This document shows positions 52,241 through 64,000 of a DNA stretch of 64,000 bases, in pieces (position 1 is the first letter of the stretch; each line of letters starts with the position of its first letter). The notes under the pieces were generated by a model, which saw only the letters and a program-made list of their open reading frames with translations, had not been told where the DNA came from and did not search any database. This stretch comes from Proteromonas lacertae (lineage: Eukaryota). The DNA lies in NCBI GenBank assembly GCA_002245135.1, contig NGBS01000293.1, forward strand, positions 310,001-374,000, given 5' to 3'. The position numbers and the translations under genes are program-made.

Positions 52241-54357
52241 TTAATTAGAATGCGAAACTGATAATAATTCAAATGAAGTGTTTTGTGCAATTGGTATACA
52301 ATATGAATATAATTGAGAAGGTAAATCTTCAACAAGCAATGCAGGAGATGAATTATTATGACTTATCCAAAATTCTCTTTTATTCATATCAACAATCACT
52401 TCATAAATTGAACCATCTCTATGATTATTGATATTTGGATTTTATTAACAACTGTTCCAATATGACAATCTTCAGTTATATCTTGACTTTCACCATAAAA
52501 TGCAACATAATTACATGTTGTTGATTGATTATAAATATCACCACCAGAATATGCATTATTAGTTGATAATCCTAACATCATTTCATCATAATAACTTCCA
52601 TTTTGATGAAATTTATATTTGATATGATAAACTCCATTTTCCATTTTCAAATTCAAATAACAATGATTCCACTGATAATTTGTATTTGTTATTAATTTTC
52701 CATTATTTGAGATTGATATTCCATCACTTTTGTTTAATTCTGTGAACTTTATATCAACAAATTCTAATGATATCTTGAATTTCTTTTCATTTAGAATATT
52801 CTTACAACTTATTTCATATTCTCTCTTTTCCATTTCTTTATTCACTTTTCCATTAATTATTCCACTCTCTTTTTCTATCATTATTCCATCAGGTAAGGAA
52901 GGATTGATTGAAAATTCACATCGATTTCCATCAAATAAAGGAATTATTGACATTTCTTCATAAATTGTAAATAAATATTCTGATTGAGGATATGAAAATA
53001 ATGTGATTTCTTTTGTTTTTAATTCACTCAATAATTCTTTATCTTTTATTATTTCAATCATTTCTTCTTCTTCTTCGAAACTCAGTTTATTCTCTTTTAT
53101 ATATTCTATTAATATTTCTTTAGATTTGGAGTTTAAATAATTATCTTCATTCAATATTCTAAAAAGAATCTCTTTTCCACATACTTCTTCTATTATTGAA
53201 ATATTCTTTTTATCATCAACAAACAAACATAAACATTTCATTGTTCGATTTCTTTTATTCTCATTATATTCTATACATAATCTTTCCAATATAGTTCTCT
53301 TTTCGATATTTGAGATATATTCTATTTAAATATATTTTTAGTATTTATACTTTCCATTTTTCATATTTTATATTTCATTATCATCAATACTATTTCTGTT
53401 ATTTTTATATTATTCATTTCTAATATACACAGTATTTCATCATTCAATTCTTCTTCTTTTCCTATCTTATCCAATATTCTTCTTTCTTTCTTCTTCTTTA
53501 TTATCTTCATTGTAATTGTTGATTATTACATTTTGAATTCTCTCATCTTTTATTAAATATATTTCTATATGATTTTTACATTCATTTTTCTTTAATTCTA
53601 TTTTCATTTCTTTCAACATTTCTTTATTCTCTTTTTCTATCTCTTTCTCTTTTATCTTTTCACAATCGATATCTTCTTCTATCAATTGTTTAAAATCATC
53701 TTCTATCTCTTTATTATCATATTCTCATTCTTTTGGAATTTATACCATTCCAATAAACGATTTAATAACCAACTATCACTTCGAATTATCACATCTTTCG
53801 TGTTTAATATCTCAATCAAATTATTCATTTCTAATCTCAACAAATATTCATTCTTATATAAATATTTATATCCTCGCTTTTCTATTTCCATATTTTTCAA
53901 GTCTTCTATCTCTCTCAAACATCCTGGAAATACATTACAGATATGAATTAATTTCATTAACACATCATCATCTATATTATTCTTCACAAATTCATAACAA
54001 TCATTTATTATCTCTTTTTCACTATAACATAAACAAAACATCAACACTTCACACACACTCTCTTTACAGATTATCAGTTCACCACCACTGTAGTATTTCT
54101 CCATCTCATAATAGCCAATTTCTTCGATTTCTTCATATAACTCTAAAACTCCTACAAACTCACCATCTAACAACAGTTTCTTTACAGTTTCATTTCCATT
54201 CACTAAAATTGACTTGATTGACATTATTCGATTATCTCCAATCTTCACTTCTATATCACCAAAACCACTTTCTACCAATTTTCGACATAATCTATCATAA
54301 AAATAAATATATTTAATACCCTTCTTCTCTTATGCTTTTATTCACTTTTATTATCAT
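52241..54357 (-). CDS. BTB/BACK - putative Ig (He_PIG-like) - SPRY/B30.2-like protein 1 (several indels; possibly a pseudogene)
   Basis: BTB start GFGDIEVKIGDNRIMSIKSIL, BACK-like IEILNTKDVIIRSDSWLL, Ig-like FSINPSLPDGIMIEKESGIING and a SPRY-like tail. Joining needs at least four frame changes. Confidence 0.6.
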
Positions 54358-54855
54358 CTTTATGTAAATATATAACAAAAATAACGAAATTCGATTTTTA
54401 TCAAAATTTTGAATAACCCAAAAATTAAAAAGATGAAAAACATTCTATATATCAAAATTAAAGATTATATTTGTATATAAATTCCTTCATTATGCTCAAT
54501 AAAATCGCAAAATATGTAGAATATACTGAAATGTGTTTAGTTTTATAAAGTAGGTGTGTTAATATGTTTTTGGTATTTTATTAATATATATATGTGATTT
54601 TTTAATTATGTGAATATATAAAAGTATAATAATATTTGATAAATAGTGAAAATAACGCAAATGAATGTATTTAATATTATACTTATAAGCTGTTAGTGTG
54701 TTGTTGATGTATAGCTGAAGTTTATAAATATAAAATTATGTTGATCAATTATCAATCAGTGAGTTAGATTGTCAAGAAATGGTACATGATGGTATTATAA
54801 TCAATAATCAACACAATTATAAAGAAAATAATACATTTTTATTAATATTTTCATT

Positions 54856-56128
54856 TTACATACTCACTTCCATCGTTTCATATAAATCATTCACTTTTTG
54901 ACATATCTTTGTTATTTCTACATCAAATTCATTCAATACATCTTTATTACTTTTGAAGAATAGATATTTACCTACTTGATCTAAGTAGCCTTCTAAACGA
55001 CCACTACTTATCATCTTAAATACCATATATTCTAAACTATTCACATCTTTCACATTTAATAAATTACATAAATGCTCATAAGATATTGAACTATACAATT
55101 TACCTATCGCATAAATATTATATTCTTGAATTGATCTTCGATATTGAGTTGTATTATCTATTTTAGCTTTGTGATGACTTAATAATTGATTTTCAACTAT
55201 TTCAATATCTTTATCATTTTCTTTTAATAATTTAAAATGATTCATCTTTTCTAATAGATTGTAACATTCAAGGGAATGACTTCGAATATCACTACAGATT
55301 CGATTGATTATTTTAAATTTCTGAGGAGCGGCTTCAGATACGATTATTGAATTACTTGCAAATTTTAATAATGTCTTTATTATATCATCAACTGAACCAT
55401 TATTATCGATTTTTTCATTAAATGCTGTATAAATATCATTCGGATCTGCATTTATTACTCTTAATAGCATAGAAGCAGAATCAATGTATTTTCTTTGAAA
55501 GTCACATAATTGAGCTCCACATACATTGTATTTCAACTTTATAACATTGTCTTTTAAACCACGATGATATCTAGAAGCTGTCTTATAGAATATTTCAGCA
55601 TCTGCAAAGTTTTCTCCACTCAAAAGCGAATCTATTACTAAAATACATAAATCAACTTTTGATTCAGCTGTTTTGAAATAGGATGAACTGTCAATTATAT
55701 CGAGAATTGGTCTGATTACTGATACTCCACGAGTTAATTCGTCACTATCACGATATATTAAAAACAACAGTTTTCTTAACTCAATTATCTAAAATTAAGT
55801 AAAGTAATGTATGTATATGTATATATATATACTGGCTCTTCAAATAACTGATTTCTTTGACTGTCATGTAGTAAATTCAATATGTTTTCAGTTACTACTT
55901 TGATAATGTCAAAATTATCTGGCACTTCAATACTATGATTAGACAATATTTGACTGATTCTGACTAACAATTGTCTAATATCGTTGTAATCTCCATTATT
56001 TTCAGATACTATAGAAGGTGATGTAAAAAAGTAATACGCTCTTTGGCTATATTTTGAAGTTCATTATAATTAAAATTTCTACTAGCATCTTCTATACGCT
56101 TTCGAAATTCAGCAGTAGAACCAGACAT
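54856..56128 (-). CDS. CSN4: COP9 signalosome subunit 4
   Basis: YNVCGAQLCDFQRKYIDSA, LLSHHKA, RSIQEYNIYAIGKLYSSISYEHL and MISSGRLEGYLDQV (PCI domain). Confidence 0.85.
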
Positions 56129-56301
56129 TGTTGAGAAAAAGAAAGATAAAAAAAAAGGCCAAATAAAGTGACTTCAGACTTGTCCAGGCCTCACGTCAGA
56201 ATTTAGAAGTGTAAGTAACTTCTTATTTAAACTTATCATTTTAAATTCCGAGGTGCAAAGGCATTTCTTGTTTATTGCAGATTACTTTTTGAATTACTAC
56301 A

Positions 56302-56581
56302 ATGGTATATACTCTATATATTTATACTCTTTATTTCTATGTGTTTTTGTCTTCCTTAAAATATATTATGTGATCTTTATTAACTAATCATTATAGCCAT
56401 CCCACAAGACATTCAGAATTAAGAGAATATTATGTAAGAAGAACCACCAAAACAGACCAGTACCAAACTGGATTAGAATGAGAACAGACAACACCATTCG
56501 GTATTTATTTTTATGATTTATTGTTATTTTAGTTACAACAATAAACGTAGACATTGGAGAAGAACCAAGTTAGGTTTATAA
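56302..56581 (+). CDS. RPL39: 60S ribosomal protein L39 (eL39); not in the ORF track
   Basis: [51 protein letters not shown]; a 92-nt intron directly after the ATG and a 32-nt second intron. Confidence 0.97.
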
Positions 56582-56790
56582 GCTATGAAAATGTTGTAAT
56601 CTGCCTTGTATTTTTGGTGTGGGAATATATCATCTCATTCATAACGTATTTATGTTGGGGCTGTTTTATACGTCAAAAATTAATATTAATAATAACAACA
56701 AAATGGTCATAACAAAAATTCTCGATTTAATCTACCAAATCAAAACATAAAGAATTTTTATTTTAAAAAATAATCACATCTTTATTAGTT

Positions 56791-59700
56791 TTATTTAGAT
56801 TTCCTCGGTATAGCAGGAGGTAAGTTTTTTTGACTAGATTTCGGCTGTAGATTTATCAAAACTAGGCTTAGGTCTAGGAGGCTGGTGTATTTACAGTGTT
56901 CTGATTATTAATTGCTTTAGACTAATAGACCAGAATTATGTCTATGATGTCCCTTTGCAGCTAAATTACCATCAGTTCTTGGTGAATCATCTTCATCTTG
57001 TGACTGTGGAGTTGTTGGTAAAGAAAATACATTTCTGGATGATGAGAAAGCTGTATTTCTACGGGGTCTTCTTAAATTCACTTCTTTTGTTTTATTTTCA
57101 TTATCTTTCTTAACTGTTTGTGGTGTTGGTGTTGGTGTAGTATTTGATTTTGAACTTTTAATTGATAATGAAAATGATCTTGATTTATTACTATTTGCAG
57201 TAGTAGAAGAAGAACTAGTAATTTTTTCATAAGTTGGATCTGACGGGTTAACTGTCTTAGTATATCGATGTTTACCTGAAGAATCAACACCAGTAACATA
57301 ATCTAAATTACTTGGAATAGTTGTTGGAGCTTGATATGCGTGTAAAACTAAATTATATTTCTTTTCTCTCTTTTTTATGGGTGATGTAATAATATCTTCA
57401 TCATCTTTACGGTCAGTTTGATATGTCTTTTTACCATTTTTAATTGATTCTTCAACGTATTTATTTAAGAAAGAAAGCTCTTCATCAATTTCAATTTCTG
57501 ATTTTATATCAATTTTATCATTCAATTTTTCATTTGGTTCTACATTTTCTACATCTTTTATTGATTCAGATATTGCATTTTGATGTATTAAATTCAACAA
57601 TAAATCACATCGATGACTTATATCTACATTTGTCGATAATAAATCTCTTCCTAAATTCATCAGAGTATCTTCATCCGTTATTGGAATATTTGTTTTTATA
57701 TACAATTTAGTCAAAGCAGTAATTATTAACAACTTAGTATTATCACTGTTATAATAAGGTTTATATAATTTACATAATATTTCATAATAAGTATATATAT
57801 TATGATATTTTCTTTTATGATGCTTATGTTTACGATGATGATGATGATGATGGTGAGGTTTACTGTCAGTGGAAATATTATCATCATTTTGAATGATTTG
57901 TTGTTCTGGATTAACCGTCATTGTTGTACTTTCAGAAGCAGAGGATATCATTCGAACTTTTTGAACTTTTAGAATGATGATGATGATGATGATGGTGTTG
58001 GTGACTTTGATTATCACTTTTTCCAACTTCATTTTGTTGTATTTGTGATTGGTTTTCTGGTTCAAATGTTAATGGTGCATGGTTCAATTCCTTCAAATGG
58101 AGTTTCAGTAATTGTATCAATTGAAATATCAGTTTTTGGAGTTGCAATATCCAATATCAATTGAAACATTATCCATTTTTGAATTCTCAATTTTTTTATT
58201 TTCTATTTTTATTCTTTCTTTTTCTTTGTCATAAAACATATCTCCATATTCACCAAAGAAATAAATACATAATCGTACAATTGCATTGTCTTGAGTTGTC
58301 AATGATTTGGATAATTTATCTTCCACTATCTTCTGGTATATATCCAATGTACTAGTCCTTAATTCTTTATTCAATTCATCATCACCAATGCCATCAGCTA
58401 ATAGGTTGATTATTAATAAACTAACATCTTCACCTATTTTACCAGTGTTGTAGTACAATAAATGAGTTAATGTGGAGATATAGAGATGAATACTTGGTGC
58501 AAATCTAAAATAAATAAACAGAATATATAAAAAAATGTCAATATTAAGATAATGATGAAGAATATAAATAAAAAATAAAATAAAAATAAATAAATATATA
58601 TATATATATATACCTTTCTGCACAATCACATATATTTTGTACCAAAAACTGTTTTTCACTCACTTCATAACATGTTGGAAATGATTTCAATATAATATTC
58701 ATTATATTTATATAATTCTTACTATTACACATATCAAAGAATATTTCATATGTTTTCTTAATAATCGAGTGGTCACTTTCTTCTAAACACTTTAATAATA
58801 TGTTTATTAAATGAGTAAGTGTAATTTTTATAATATTTTATTAATAATGATAAACTACTTACAGCTACATAATGTATATTCTGATTGGTGGATTTGAAGA
58901 GTATATAAATGAATTTATTGACTTGTCCTAACAGTGTTTTATTTGGATAAATCATTACAACAGTTCTTATCCATTCAAATAATATTGCTACACCAATATA
59001 ACTATCAATATTAATAAATGAAATTACACGATGAATTACTTTATATAATATTTTACTTGTTGATAAATCAGCTTTTCCTAATAAACTAAATAGTCGTAAT
59101 AATATTAATATTGTATAAGGTAAAGGTATTAAGTTATAATAATTGTCACTTTCATCAACATGTCGATCTAATAACTGATTCATTATCCATACTATTGGAT
59201 AAGTATATTTCTTATAATAGAGTGGTTTATAAGGTATGATTTCGTATAATATATATAATCCACAGGTTGCTACAATTGGATCACTATCAGTCAGTATGAT
59301 ATTTAAGTCTTCTTCGAAATCAGAGATTAATGAAGGATCTAAGTGAATGAAATGATGAATACACATTGCTGCCTTTTTACGGATTGTTGAGTCATAATGT
59401 TTTAATAAGCTATGGATGGGAGTTTTAAATATAGGGATAAATTGTGGACTACATAGAGTTATACAACCTGATAGACCTGCATAAATTACATCCAAGGTTC
59501 TACTACGCTGCAGATCACGACTGATTTGGTTAATTACTAAAGTTATTAGATCATCGTCTGGAGATAGACAAACTGATAGTATGAGATATGCCAATCTTTT
59601 AACAATGATTGAATCATCTGAAGAAAATTCTACCACTTTAAAATAGGCAAAAGGACATCGAAAACCTAATAATTCACAATACAAGACTCTAATTAAGAAA

Positions 59701-59899
59701 TCGTGTTTTATTTTCTATTGAATAATGATATAATAATTAAATTAAATATACTGCTTCTTCAAAGTTACTTTGCAAGTCTTGTTGTAATCTCAAAACTTCA
59801 GCAGACACTACTTTTTCGATATTCTGTTAGATCAATATATATAAATTATCATACATATAGATTAAGACTGGCTGCTATGTCCTTTATGAAAGATGACAT
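56791..59899 (-). CDS. AP4E1: Adaptor complex large subunit, AP-4 epsilon-like (many apparent indels; 3' end uncertain, 56791 or 56917)
   Basis: FLIRVLYCELLG...KRLAYL...LVINQISRDLQ...IRKKA...CAER|FAPS...YFFGEYG, followed by a low-complexity linker. Confidence 0.75.
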
Positions 59900-60082
59900 G
59901 AAAAGATATTTATTGCAAAATAGATTTGAATTTTTTATTTTTTTAAAAACGATGTTAACGCTGAATATAATTCAACAGTAATGATGTAATACTATTCTTA
60001 ATGCCAATTATGAAGTAATAAACATATTCTATTCAAAATATTTATGAAAATATGTAATAAATTTTGTTTAAAAATATAATAA

Positions 60083-60840
60083 TTAAACAGCATATGGATT
60101 GGCTGATGCTGCCGCTACACCAACAGCTTGTTTTGCCAATTCTGGATTATTTTGAGCATACTTAAAACCAGCAGTCATAACTTTCTTTGTAGCATTTGGA
60201 TTATTTTGAGCAACTTTAACCATTTCAGACTCACCAGAACTGTATACCATTGTAGGATCATCTCCAAGTGATAATTTACCTTGTCTTTTCCATAAAGCAA
60301 TATCTGGGTGCCAACAACAACATAACCAATGAAATAAAAAGTTAGCAATACAGATACCACCACATATATATCCACCCCACCAATCTGTTGCGAAACATAA
60401 TGTTGCAAGGCTATAGAAATATATCTATAAACTATAAATATATACAATAAATAATAAAATGCACGACCACGGAAACTATACAAAAATCCAAACCATCCCA
60501 TAAGACCTTTTCTTATAAAGTTGAAATTCACTTCTTGCAGAAATTGAACTGCTCCAAATATGCTAAATAACATAATACAATAATAATTCATACAATCCAT
60601 ATGCGTTTAATAGTGTACCACCGATACTTAATTCGGTAATACTTCCTATAGCTCCTATTACGGATAGAACCATAATCGCCAGACTTATAAGTAAATCGAC
60701 TAATCTCATTCTCCTAGTTACAGCATTTACTGACATATGACCGATACTAAAGAATAATAAGGGATTTAATACTTTATGCATGATGTACCTTCTTGTAGTT
60801 TAACATCACGTGTTTCTTGACCAGCTGGAGCTTCTGCCAT
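60083..60840 (-). CDS. COPI-associated / TVP15-like multi-pass membrane protein
   Basis: Spliced over three introns; GWFGFLYSFRGRAFYYLF motif and about four hydrophobic segments. Confidence 0.75.
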
Positions 60841-61054
60841 TATTAGATTTTAGCCAATTAAAAAAAATCAAAAACTTGAGAAAAGATTTGTCACTCAAAC
60901 CAAGCCTAGAAAACATTGTTTATTCAAAAATTCAACCTTTTAACAAAACTTTTCTTTGTTTTCATGATTAGACAATTTTTATTCATCTGTATATAAACAT
61001 TATCCGATGAAAAATAATATAAAATTAACAACATATTTCTAATATATTACAATT

Positions 61055-63313
61055 CTAATCTTCAAATACTTGTAACAGCTCTAAAGAATTATTCTTACAA
61101 CTTAAAATAACAAAAGGATATAAAGGACATTCTATCTTCTCAAACAAAACATACTCTTTCTCTTCATCTTTAATTTTTAAAACCTTCTTTTTTGTATTAA
61201 CAATCAACTCAAACTTCTTCCCATCACGGTTTGCTAACTTTGGGTCATTTCTTTTAACACCATTACTTCCAAACAAACTGCTATGATCTTTTCTAATTAT
61301 TATACTACAACTTTCTTTTTGTTTGTATATATCAGAAGTAATATAATTATTCTTTTTCGTTACACCAATACATACATTCATTCTCTCATTATCACCACTA
61401 TTAAATTTAAATAATAAGTGATAAATCTTATTTTTATCAATTCTACAGTTTATATAACATGGATATAACATTCCATCTTCATTTATATGAGTAATTATGT
61501 GATTATTCTCATTGTAAGATAAACTCTCATTCAAAACAGTTGTGTTTTTTACAAAATAAAAATCTTCAAATTTTAGTCTGACAAATGTTTGAAGTGAATT
61601 GAACGAATTTGAACATTCGATTGTATATATTTCATAATTTAAAGTTATCTTATTTGTTTTCCCATATATTTCACCACTTTCTTTATCTATATATAAGCCA
61701 TTTGTTAGATTTGGAGATATTGCAAATTTACACTCATCTCCATCATATTTTGGTTTTATTGAAACATTTTCATTTATATGAAATGTATATTCCTTTTGAG
61801 AATATGAAAAATATGTGATTGTTCGAACTATAAATAATATTATAAAATTTAGATACTTTGTAATTTTGAGATTATTTCTTCATCACTTATTGTATTTTCC
61901 ATCTCATTATATTCTGCATGTGTTAATTTCAATGATTTTAAGTGATTTAATATCAAATTAATAGAATCTTTTGACATTAATGATTCATATTTCAATATAA
62001 AATAGAATATTTCTTTTTGACAAAATCCATCAATCATATTGATGCTTTTATCATCATTTATGAACAATGTTAAACACTTCGGTATTGAGTACCTTAAATT
62101 ATTTAATTTATTATTGTTTCTATATTCACATAGTAAATTGCATAAAATATTATTTGAAAGAGTTTCATTCACTATAAAATAAAAAATAATAAAATATACT
62201 ATTATAATCATATTTTAAATCAATAATTATAATCAACGTAATAATTACTATTTTAATATCTGTTGATTTTAGTAAGAAATAGAAATACTTATGAATATCT
62301 GATGATGATAATAGACATCTATCATTATCTATTTTTAACAATATAAAAGAAATATACATTCAATTTGTAAAACATCATTTGTTTTGATATAATACTTTAT
62401 TACTAAATCCAATATAATACTATTACCACCATCATCCTCAATTTCACTTAAATTTAAATAAATTCTATTAATAGAACATGATCTGAGAGAATCTGTAATT
62501 ATCTTGTCATTTTCTATTATACTTACTTCATCTGTTGAAATATTTTCCCAATTGATTTTATCATATCTTATATATTGAAACAGTGGTTGAATATTTTGTT
62601 TTATTGTTGATTCATCTATTCAAAAAAGAATTATATATATATTTATAAAATACTTTCAGAATTTGATCCAATGAAATAACGATAATAATTAAATATTAGT
62701 TTCAATAAATATGTTTCATTTTGAATGATTAGATTTGGCATAGATAATATAAATTCAAGTGCTGTTATACTCAAGTTAGTTATGATATTTTCATACAATA
62801 ATTTTCTTCCATTTAAACTTAAATAATCTAAAATCACTTCTTTTATATCAGTATTTTTATTCTTTTCAAATAACATATTGACTTTGTTTAGAATATTAAT
62901 AACTATATTTATTGATAGATGGTTTATTATATATTCTTTACACTTTTTCATAAGCTTTATTTCTTTATACACAACACAAATTAACAGTAAATCAATCACA
63001 TTTGATTCCTCTAGCAAAATTTGACCACAGCCATAGAATTTCTCTAAATTATAAAAAGCTGCTGATGTACATCCTTCAAATAAGGTGATTGTTCCAGTAA
63101 ACTTTGAGTCTTTTATTAATTCGGCGAAACAGTCGTTAAAACCACATAGTATTGATTTAGAACATAGAATTTCTTCTGAACCTACTCTAACAAGTAAATC
63201 GGCATATCCTTGTTTTACGAGAAAACGACCATAACTAGGTTACATAACATACAATTCATTTAGTATATTTTATACCCTTCTTGAGGTGGCTCACCAGTTA
63301 TAACAAAAACCAT
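61055..63313 (-). CDS. BTB/BACK - putative Ig - SPRY/B30.2-like protein 2
   Basis: GYADLLVRVGSEEILCSKSILCG, BACK-like LEFILSMPNLIIQNETYLL, Ig-like FAISPNLTNGLYIDKESGEIYG and SPRY-like CIGVTKK...PLYPFV. First intron position matches the 52.2-54.4 kb paralogue. Confidence 0.7.
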
Positions 63314-63378
63314 TAATAATTAAAAAAGTAACCGTTTTACGTACACATAAAGATTTTGACGGTCAGAAATATAAATTA

Positions 63379-64000
63379 ATGGATTGGGTTTATTTTCAGA
63401 CTAAAAAGTATATTTGTTATTTCTATTACATTAGCTATCCAAATGCACCTTCACAGTTTGCTGTATTTCTTTTTATTTTACTAATCTAGCTTGAAAATGA
63501 CCTAACAGGAGATTATGATTACTTTTATACTTGTTTCACAGATGATGGGTATTATAGTATTTTTATTTTCATGTTTTAGGATCGCTTACTACGAAAATGA
63601 TACATTAAAGACTTCTCAGTGGGATGATCCAAGAAAAGGCACAAGGGTATAACTATAGTAATAATAATCTGATATAGGGATTTTATGCCCCCAAAGATTC
63701 ATTTTTACAATCCAATATGCGTATAATTTATCCAATTATTTATATCTAATCCATAGCAACTCCAATAATAAACAAAGTATCTAATTTAGCAAGTTCTCAG
63801 CGACTATCTGATGATTATAAAGCATTAAAAATGAAATATGACAAATTATCAAAAAGTTATGATGAAGACTTGAATAGGCTTGAAGCTCAAAGATTAAGAG
63901 ATATAAGTGAAAGAGATGCAATAATACAGAACTTACAAAGACAAATGGATTCTTCTACTTTAGATTCAAAGGAAGATTTATTGTTAGAAGAGATTGACAA
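63379..64000 (+). CDS. WW-domain + coiled-coil protein, 3' end outside window
   Basis: Spliced FYTCFTDDG|IAYYENDTLKTSQWDDPR (WW with the first Trp substituted), then a heptad-rich exon running off the window. Confidence 0.7.

Noticed and set aside
56305..56396. Intronic snoRNA in the unusually long RPL39 intron 1
   Set aside because: No paired C/D boxes (no CTGA) and no convincing H/ACA hairpins were visible.

Overview
AT-rich, gene-dense eukaryotic nuclear DNA with very short spliceosomal introns (mostly 25-37 nt, GTA...TAG) and intergenic spacers of about 50-600 bp. The tiny introns, two mastigoneme-type EGF proteins, a complex I LYR subunit and a TGTTTGTT 3' element suggest a stramenopile of the Blastocystis/Opalinata type; this is inference, not a database match. 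I reconstructed about 34 protein-coding genes by hand-splicing, plus one initiator tRNA-Met. The first 25 kb is a lineage-specific region. It holds six paralogues of an unknown, probably degenerate EF-hand protein, six genes built from divergent PWWP+PHD modules (about 11 PWWP, 8 PHD) and a pseudokinase-LRR-Hsp70 fusion. The strongest novel signal is a PWWP-PHD-PWWP-PHD gene, missed by the ORF track, whose spliced N-terminus is MARTK, the histone H3 N-terminus, i.e. a possible histone-tail mimic inside a cluster of histone-reader domains. The rest is mostly housekeeping (Sin3, Rab2, MAP2K, AGC kinase, transportin, APC10, SMC4, NDUFA6, CSN4, RPL39, AP-4 epsilon), plus three lidless Hsp70-like genes and two BTB-Ig-SPRY-like genes. 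More than 20 single-base frameshifts, including six in essential SMC4, are most likely assembly errors. All exon boundaries and family assignments are by eye.
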